Below are positions 6,926-14,019 of a DNA stretch of 26,835 bases, piece after piece. A model generated the notes under the pieces. The model worked only from the letters and a program-made list of their open reading frames with translations, ran no database searches and was not told where the DNA came from. This DNA is from a virus (Duplodnaviria > Caudoviricetes): positions 1-26,835 of IMG/VR virus record IMGVR_UViG_3300005077_000096. One strand, given 5' to 3'. Position numbers and translations under genes: made by a program. The number at the start of each line of letters is the position of its first letter. Within the stretch, counting starts at the first letter, position 1.

Positions 6926-9900
6926 ATGCCTATCTATCGCGTACAAGGTCCCGACGGTAAAATTTATAGAGTGGAGGGGCCAGAAGGCGCTTCCGAAGAG
7001 CAGTTAATCCAAGCCGTTCGTGCACAGTATCTTTCGCAACCCGCACAAGAAACGCCCACAGAAAAGACCGGTTTTGGCGCTGCACTGCGCTCAGGTTTTG
7101 AAGGGCTCAAGGGCGATATTGGCGCTATCGGTGCCGGGCTTGGAGTAGAAGGCGCTGAAGAATACGCACGCGCACAGCAGGAAAAAGCTGCTCAGGCGTA
7201 CCAGATGCCTGAATTCACAGAGGCACCGATTGAATACATCAAAGGTTTGGCCGGGCAGTCTCTCCCGTACATAGCCGCTCCCTTGGCTGCCGGTGCAGCG
7301 GCTATGGGCTTGGGCCCTATTGCTGCCGGTGCTGCCACAGGTTTGACGTCTCTTGCACAGTTTACGGGTTCAAACGTAGGCCGCCAAATTCAAGAAGGCG
7401 CCACAGGCGAAGATCTTGGGCTGGGCAGAGCAGCACTGGCCGCAGTTCCTCAAGCTGCGTTGGACGTGGTTAGCTTTAAAGCCGCTCCGCTGATCCGTAA
7501 CATTTTTAAAGCAGCCGGTAAAGAACTCACAGAAACAGCGGCTGAGAACATCGCCAAGCAAGGTCTTACTAAAACTGCGCAGGACTACGTCTTTTCTACC
7601 GGTAAGGCAATGACCGCCGAAGGCTTGACCGAAGCAGGTCAGCAGCTTCTTGAACGCGCTCAAGCTGGTTTGGCTTTGACAGATGAAGCTGCCCGTGATG
7701 AGTATTGGGATAGCCTGTTTGGTGGCGCACTGCTTGGCGGTGTATTGGCCGTGCCGGGGCGTGCCGTTGAACGTTCTGGTGAGAAGCGTCGCGCTGAAGC
7801 CCTTGAACAAGAAGCCGCCGCTAAAGAACAAAGACGCATTGCTGCCGAGGAAGAAGCTGCAGCAGCGCAGCCAACATCGCCTGAGTACGCTACACAGGTA
7901 AAGTCGCAGTACGATGCGTTTGTAGAACGTGAGCGCGCACTTCGTGAGATCCTTAAAGCTAAGCTTGCCCCCACGGATTTGGCAGGGCGTGAAGACAAAC
8001 GCAATGCAAAACGTGAGCTCAAAGAACTTCAACAATCTCCTGAGTACAACGAGACTGTAAAAGAATACGCCAAACTGCGTAGCAGAGGAGCGTTTGGTGG
8101 TGTCGGACCCGCGGCGCCTGTCGCGGCGCCTACTGTTGAGGGACAGCTTGAAGGTTTTGAAGCTCCCGGTACCATGGCTGTTGAAGCGCCTATTGATGAG
8201 GCGCGTTTGAATGAGCAACGTACCAATTTACTGACGAACTATCGTCAGCTTCAAGCTTTGGTACAAAGCGAACGCGAGGTCAAATTTGATTACGCGCAGC
8301 GTGGCGACATAGACGCTATCACCCGCACCAACAACCGCTTACAGCAACTTGACGCTGAACTCAAAGCGCTGAGTAAAGAAGCCAAGACTCTGGGCTTGAC
8401 AAAGGCCGATCTTGAAGGCGGTGTCGAGGCCAACCGTGAACAGCTGGAGAGCTTGCTGGCAGAAAACCGCGCCAAGCTCAAAGCGCTTACAGAAGACTCT
8501 AAAAAATACAGCGAGAAAAAAGTTGACGCGCTTGTAGCCGAGTCTCAAGAACTTCAACAACGCTTGAATGAGTTGGCACAAACCTCCTTGCCTTTGGGCG
8601 CTGCCATCAACTTGCCTGAACGCCGTGCACGAGAAGAAATGCAAGCGCGCACTGAAACGCTTGAGGCACAAGGCCAGCCCCGTGCAGAGCAAGAAGATCT
8701 TTTTGCGCAAGAACAAGCTGAGGGTTATGAGCAGGCTCGCAAAGAGCAAGCGGTTGAAGAGCCCGAAATCCAAGCGCTTTTGCGTCAAGCGGGGTTTGCT
8801 GAAAAAGGTGAAGAGCCTACGGCTGAAGGGTACTATGCGTCTGCTGCGCTTGGCGCAACTCGCCAAGAACTCGAGGGCGTGCCCCAAGAAGAGCGTTTTA
8901 TTTATACCCAGCCTGAACGGCCTACAGGCGCGCGTCGTGTTCCTGCAGATCAAATCCGTTTGTTTCCCGACGCAGGCGCGGCAGAAGTACCCCGACTGGA
9001 TGTTCTTGAAACGCGAATCAATTCGTTACTGGCGTCAGACGTTGACGAGAATACTTACAATTTCTTACGCCGTCTTGAAGGTGTTTTGCCCGCTACAGAT
9101 CAAGATCTGGAAGGCGGAAGTTTCTATCAGGCAGTGGGCGACACACTAACCCGCATCGAAGACAACCTTCGCGAACGTGGTGTGGAAACCACATTCTACG
9201 GTGCTCCTGAAACTGCACGCACAAGCGGTATAGCTTCGGCGCTGATTGATCCAAGAGAAGCCCAGTACCGCGAAGAAAAACCTGAAGCGTCAGCGAGAAA
9301 ACTCAGGGCGGATATTCAACGCACGGGTGTGCAACGCGGTGTTTCTCCAGAAGAGTTTGAACGCACCACAAAAGCGCGTGGCGCAGATGTGACTCGCCGT
9401 GAGCCTATTGAACGCGCTGGTCGTAAGCCTTTACTCACACTGCCAAAAGACAGCGCACCGATCATTGATGAGCGGTTGGCGGAGTTTGTGCAACGCCGCA
9501 CCGAAGGGGAGCGTGTGGCTGCCGCTGAGGCAGAAGGCCAACAAGAGCTGTTTGCGCAAGAAGGTGTTGCAAAAACGAGACAAGCTTTCTTGGCAAAACA
9601 ACGCGCCGGAAAAGCCAAGGCTGGGCCAAAAGTTTCTGCAGCTACGCAAGCTTCTCGTGAACGTACCGCAAAGGACGTCAAAGAGCGCAAAGAAGCCGCG
9701 GACAAAGCGGTTGCCAAAGCCAAACAAACCCAGCGTCAGCTTGAAGCGCGTTTTGGTGATACAGAAAAAGTTGAGCGCCGTGCTTTTGCCCAGATCTCAG
9801 ACGCTGAACGGCGCGCACGTGAGCGTGGAACAGATCTCGTGACAGCTGCACAAAAAGATGTTGCAGAGAAAGACCCCGTCAAGACACTGGCTGGACTCCA

Positions 9901-12900
9901 AAATAAAGAAAAAGCCCTTCGTAGAAAAATCAAATCGGGCATTGAGCGCAGCCGTAGTTTCTTGATGCAGAACACCGAGAAACTCTTGGGTACATACACG
10001 CGCTTGAACGACGCGTACTGGAAAAATCCTAGTCCAGCAGCCGCAGAAAAAGTTGAGCAAGCTCGCGCTGCCTATGACGACGCAGTCAACCGCCTGAAGT
10101 ATCAAGAAAACATCATGTGGGTTGGCGCCGGCAAAGACGTCGAAGAACTGCAAAATACGATGGCGCGAATTGAAGACTTGCGCGAGGGTTTGGAATCCGG
10201 ACGCTACATCCGTCTTGAAGACCGCGAAACAGCCGGCGCACCAAAAGGCACAACCGTAACGCCCAAAGCACAGGCACGTGCGCAGGAAGCAAAACGCGCT
10301 AAAGAATCTCTTGCTGCAGTGCAAAAAGAAGGGCCAGTGCCAACAACTTCTGGTGAAGCGTTGACCCGTTCGCAAGTTGCCAAAGCCCGCAAACCACAGA
10401 AAACAACGTACCAATCCAAGGGCGTGTCCGCAGCTACCGATGAAAACGCTGATCGCATTTTGGAAAAGCTCAAAAAGACCGGCAAGATCACAATGTCGGA
10501 AGCCAACAAAGTGCCGTTTGAGCTACTGCCCAAGAGGGTGCAGAACCAGCTACTGGTATCTCGTGCAGCCGCAAGAGACGCTAAGAAAGCCGCGGCGCTG
10601 ACTGGAGGGCGTATTGTTGACGTGGGCGATGCGGATATTGAGTATTCAGTAGGCACAGTGGAAGAAGGTATCACTGCAGCTGACGTCAACAAAGAACTCG
10701 ACCAAGCCATGGGCGAGAAGGACGTCGTGAAAGGCAGTAACGGCAAAGTGCGCGTGTATAACAGCGTGGCTGACTTCGTTGCTGAGAACCCTGAGTACGC
10801 TGGCAAGATTCGCCCTGACGCTCGTGCGTTTGTGCAAGATGGCAAGGCTGTTTTGTTTGGCGAGAATATCGGTCAAGGTCAGGCGCTGGCGGTACTGCTG
10901 CACGAAGTGGGTGCTCACGTAGGTATGCGTGGCACAATGCCAACCGCTCAGTACAACGCCCTTGTGCAGACAATCAAGAGCTGGGCTAAACGCACAGATA
11001 ACTCTTTGGAAGCTCGTATTGGGCGTGCCGCCATGGCACGTGTTGAAGCTGCCCAGACACCTGCAAATCAAGTCAACGATGAACTGTTGGCCTATGCCAT
11101 TGAAGAAGCCACGCTTGCCGGTGTGAACCCCGATGCCAACGCTACAGTTGTAGAGCGCTTCTTGCGCATGGTGACTAATGCGTTTAACAAAGTGCTTCGC
11201 ACATTTGGCTTGAAGGGTAAGGACGTCAATCCTGTTGACTTGGTCAATATGGCCTACGGCGCAGCCAAGCTTGAGCTGACTATGCCGAATAAACCCGCAA
11301 AGGTTTCAGATGGTGAAATACTGTTCTCAGTAAAAGCACCCAAGAGCATGATCGTTGGCAGTAGTCCAAGCGTGTTGTCGAACATTCGCGGTAACGTATT
11401 TGGTTTGGCAGGACGTGTGCAGTATCTGGACAACCTTGCGGCTGTTGAAGAAACCGTGCGCCGTGGGTTGGGCGCAGGACAAATCTCAGACGCTGAAGCT
11501 ACGCAGACAAACTACAACTTGCGCATCATGGGTATGGCCAACAACTTTGTCGGTCAAGCAGCCACGCACGGTCCGATTCGTCGCGTTAAAACCAAAGAAG
11601 GCGACTACGTCTACCGAAGCGAAAAAGGCACGAACTTAGGTACTATTGCTGAAGCACTGCGCGAAGCAGAGGGCGTATTCCCAAATACAGAAACCGCGTT
11701 TACGGTATATCTGGCTGGAAAGCGTGCCAAGAAAGTTGGTTGGGAAAAACTCAACCGCACAAAACCTGCCGAAGCCAAAGCTGAGTACGACGCGGTGATG
11801 CAAAAGCTCGCTTCAAACGCCCAAGCTAGAGATGCCTTTAAAGCTGCCGAAGATGCTTGGCGCGAGGTTAACAATAATAACCTTGACTTCTTGGTTGCAA
11901 CAGGTGAAATGAAGCCTGAGCTTGCCGCAACGCTCAAACAGCAAAGTTACGTACCGTTCTTCCGTATGAATGGAGATGAGGTGCAGCTCTTTAGTGAGGA
12001 CGAAAAGATCCGCACGATTGGCAACATCAAGGATCAGCCGTTCTTGCGGGAGCTCGTAGGCGACGACAGCACCATTCAGCCTTTCTTCACAAGCGCCATG
12101 CGTAGCATTGCGTTGCTGACCCGTATGGGCATGCGTAACGCGACCGTCAAGGATACTGCCTACATGCTCAAGAAATTGGGTATGGCCAGTGCAATCCGTC
12201 AAGGTCCGAAACCGTCTGGCGCTGAGTACATGGCGTTTAAACAGGATGGCATCCCCATGTACGTCAAGATCGACAATGACGCGTTTGGCGTACCTGCTGA
12301 GCTTGTGATCAAAGGGCTTGAGGGCATCAAGACAACGCTTCCTGCAGCGATCCGTTTGATGGGTTTGCCTGCAGATTTGTTGCGCTACACCGTAACCCGT
12401 ATGCCGACATATGCGTTGCGTCAGGTTATCCGTGATCCTCTGTCGATGTTCATGACAGGTAACATGAACTCAACGCCTATCGTGTCTTCGATAAAGCAGC
12501 TCATCAGTATGCAAGGCGGCAAGTCTCCTACTGAAGCGCAGTTGATGCAGTCTGGTGTGATCAACAGTAACATTTTCACTGGTGATAGCCGCGACCTTGA
12601 TATTTTTATGCGCAAAATCCTCAACGGGGATAGCACATGGACCAAGGCGCTCTCCAGACTGGACGCACTAGCTATGCAGGGTGATGCTGCATCGCGTGCA
12701 GTACTCTGGGAAGAATCCAAGAAGCAGGGCTTTACAGACATCGAAGCAGACTTGCGCGTGTTGGAGTCCATGAACTTCTCACGCCGCGGACTGTCGCCCA
12801 GTATGCTGGCGCTTAACCAGATGATCCCGTTCTTTAACGCACAGGTTCAAGGTCTGGACGTGCTGTACCGCTCGATGACAGGCAAAATGCCCTACGCACA

Positions 12901-13852
12901 ACGCCTTGATATGCAGAAGAAAATGCTACAGCGCGGAGCCCTTGTTGCCGCCATGAGCGTTATCTACGCAGCGTTTATGCAGGACGACGAAGCCTACCAG
13001 AAGGCAACGCCTGAAGAGCGCAACATGTACTGGTTTGTGTACGTTCCCGGAACAGAGAAGCCTTTGCGTGTGCCAATTCCTTTTGAAGTTGGTTACATGT
13101 TCAAAGCTTTGCCTGAGATGCTGTACAACGTGATGGCCGGCGACACTACCACGAAGCAAGCCGCTCAAGCGTTTGGTGCGTTTGTGAAGAACTCCACACC
13201 GCTCAGTATTCCCCAAGGCGTAAAGCCGCTGATTGAGATTGCGGCCAACAAGAACTTCTTCACTGGCTTGGATATTGAGTCTCAGGCAGAGCGTCGCCTC
13301 ACTCCTGAAGAGCGCGTGCGTCAGGATACAACGGAGTTCAGCCGCATACTGGGTCAGGCTGGGGTTTTGTCACCTGTTCAGATCGAGAGCTTGATTCGTG
13401 GTTACACCGGATCTATGGGCGTGTTGTTTGCATCGCTTGCCAACCCGATCCTGCGTCCGTTTGGTGGTGAAGAGCGCCCCGAGGGACCGGCCAAAGAGTG
13501 GACTGACTCGCCACTTATTAAGTCAATGTTCCAGCCTGTGGACGGCAGAGGTCTCAAGCAAGCTGCGTACGACATTGTTGAAGAGGCTCAGCAAGCGTCA
13601 CAGACGTACAAGGAAATGCTCAAGCAAGGCCGCCGTGCAGACGCGCAAGCGTTTTTGCAGGAGAACCTCAAGGCTGTACAAGCCGGAGCGCCTGCCGGTC
13701 AGTTCCGTCAACAGATGGGTGAGTGGGCACGCTTGAAGCGACAAGTCGCGGCAAGTAAAGTACTGACCCCTGAGCAGAAACGTGACCAGATCAAACAGAT
13801 CACGGCGCTTGAAGACCGCTACGCCAAGCTGTTGATTGAGAGTCAGCGATAA
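6926..13852 (+). CDS. Giant polyvalent internal virion/ejection protein, 2308 aa, with zincin-like metallopeptidase motif and C-terminal LPD38-like domain
   Basis: GGAGG RBS. N-terminal Gly/Ala hydrophobic helices and a long charged region. VLLHEVGAHVGM at ~10892-10927 with downstream DELLAY. C-terminal NFSRRG..IPFFNAQVQGLD..EERNMYW..LRVPIPFEVG..KPLIEIAANKNFFTG pattern (~12770-13420) matches my recollection of LPD38. Confidence 0.8.
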   Translation: MPIYRVQGPDGKIYRVEGPEGASEEQLIQAVRAQYLSQPAQETPTEKTGFGAALRSGFEGLKGDIGAIGAGLGVEGAEEYARAQQEKAAQAYQMPEFTEAPIEYIKGLAGQSLPYIAAPLAAGAAAMGLGPIAAGAATGLTSLAQFTGSNVGRQIQEGATGEDLGLGRAALAAVPQAALDVVSFKAAPLIRNIFKAAGKELTETAAENIAKQGLTKTAQDYVFSTGKAMTAEGLTEAGQQLLERAQAGLALTDEAARDEYWDSLFGGALLGGVLAVPGRAVERSGEKRRAEALEQEAAAKEQRRIAAEEEAAAAQPTSPEYATQVKSQYDAFVERERALREILKAKLAPTDLAGREDKRNAKRELKELQQSPEYNETVKEYAKLRSRGAFGGVGPAAPVAAPTVEGQLEGFEAPGTMAVEAPIDEARLNEQRTNLLTNYRQLQALVQSEREVKFDYAQRGDIDAITRTNNRLQQLDAELKALSKEAKTLGLTKADLEGGVEANREQLESLLAENRAKLKALTEDSKKYSEKKVDALVAESQELQQRLNELAQTSLPLGAAINLPERRAREEMQARTETLEAQGQPRAEQEDLFAQEQAEGYEQARKEQAVEEPEIQALLRQAGFAEKGEEPTAEGYYASAALGATRQELEGVPQEERFIYTQPERPTGARRVPADQIRLFPDAGAAEVPRLDVLETRINSLLASDVDENTYNFLRRLEGVLPATDQDLEGGSFYQAVGDTLTRIEDNLRERGVETTFYGAPETARTSGIASALIDPREAQYREEKPEASARKLRADIQRTGVQRGVSPEEFERTTKARGADVTRREPIERAGRKPLLTLPKDSAPIIDERLAEFVQRRTEGERVAAAEAEGQQELFAQEGVAKTRQAFLAKQRAGKAKAGPKVSAATQASRERTAKDVKERKEAADKAVAKAKQTQRQLEARFGDTEKVERRAFAQISDAERRARERGTDLVTAAQKDVAEKDPVKTLAGLQNKEKALRRKIKSGIERSRSFLMQNTEKLLGTYTRLNDAYWKNPSPAAAEKVEQARAAYDDAVNRLKYQENIMWVGAGKDVEELQNTMARIEDLREGLESGRYIRLEDRETAGAPKGTTVTPKAQARAQEAKRAKESLAAVQKEGPVPTTSGEALTRSQVAKARKPQKTTYQSKGVSAATDENADRILEKLKKTGKITMSEANKVPFELLPKRVQNQLLVSRAAARDAKKAAALTGGRIVDVGDADIEYSVGTVEEGITAADVNKELDQAMGEKDVVKGSNGKVRVYNSVADFVAENPEYAGKIRPDARAFVQDGKAVLFGENIGQGQALAVLLHEVGAHVGMRGTMPTAQYNALVQTIKSWAKRTDNSLEARIGRAAMARVEAAQTPANQVNDELLAYAIEEATLAGVNPDANATVVERFLRMVTNAFNKVLRTFGLKGKDVNPVDLVNMAYGAAKLELTMPNKPAKVSDGEILFSVKAPKSMIVGSSPSVLSNIRGNVFGLAGRVQYLDNLAAVEETVRRGLGAGQISDAEATQTNYNLRIMGMANNFVGQAATHGPIRRVKTKEGDYVYRSEKGTNLGTIAEALREAEGVFPNTETAFTVYLAGKRAKKVGWEKLNRTKPAEAKAEYDAVMQKLASNAQARDAFKAAEDAWREVNNNNLDFLVATGEMKPELAATLKQQSYVPFFRMNGDEVQLFSEDEKIRTIGNIKDQPFLRELVGDDSTIQPFFTSAMRSIALLTRMGMRNATVKDTAYMLKKLGMASAIRQGPKPSGAEYMAFKQDGIPMYVKIDNDAFGVPAELVIKGLEGIKTTLPAAIRLMGLPADLLRYTVTRMPTYALRQVIRDPLSMFMTGNMNSTPIVSSIKQLISMQGGKSPTEAQLMQSGVINSNIFTGDSRDLDIFMRKILNGDSTWTKALSRLDALAMQGDAASRAVLWEESKKQGFTDIEADLRVLESMNFSRRGLSPSMLALNQMIPFFNAQVQGLDVLYRSMTGKMPYAQRLDMQKKMLQRGALVAAMSVIYAAFMQDDEAYQKATPEERNMYWFVYVPGTEKPLRVPIPFEVGYMFKALPEMLYNVMAGDTTTKQAAQAFGAFVKNSTPLSIPQGVKPLIEIAANKNFFTGLDIESQAERRLTPEERVRQDTTEFSRILGQAGVLSPVQIESLIRGYTGSMGVLFASLANPILRPFGGEERPEGPAKEWTDSPLIKSMFQPVDGRGLKQAAYDIVEEAQQASQTYKEMLKQGRRADAQAFLQENLKAVQAGAPAGQFRQQMGEWARLKRQVAASKVLTPEQKRDQIKQITALEDRYAKLLIESQR

Positions 13853-14019
13853 AACCAAACGCCAAGCTTGCCGTTCTTGATACAGAAGACGGCCTTGGCG
13901 CGGAAGATACGCAGTTCGTGAGCGCGAGATAACCCCTCGCGTCTTACTTCTTCGAGGTTAAGGGCAGGGACGAAAAACCCCTGCCCCTTCTCAGTCTTCT
14001 CCCATGGATAGTTCTTCAT
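13843..14019 (-). CDS. Small phage protein, 58 aa (missed by ORF track), possible DNA-binding
   Basis: Manual translation: MKNYPWEKTEKGQGFFVPALNLEEVRREGLSRAHELRIFRAKAVFCIKNGKLGVWFYR*. The YPW..G.xFFVP...GVW pattern is familiar from small phage proteins. It fills the otherwise empty gap between the primase and the giant gene. Confidence 0.75.
   Translation of the reverse strand: MKNYPWEKTEKGQGFFVPALNLEEVRREGLSRAHELRIFRAKAVFCIKNGKLGVWFYR
13962..13986. other. GC-rich inverted repeat at the convergence of the two gene blocks (possible weak terminator/pause)
   Basis: gggcaggg (13962-13969) / ccctgccc (13979-13986), 8-bp stem and 9-nt loop. No clear U-tract on either strand; lies inside the 58-aa ORF. 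Confidence 0.3.

Noticed and set aside
7370-13858. Many minus-strand ORFs (up to 282 aa) inside the giant gene
   Set aside because: Antisense shadows of a long biased-codon gene; no start signals or domain motifs.
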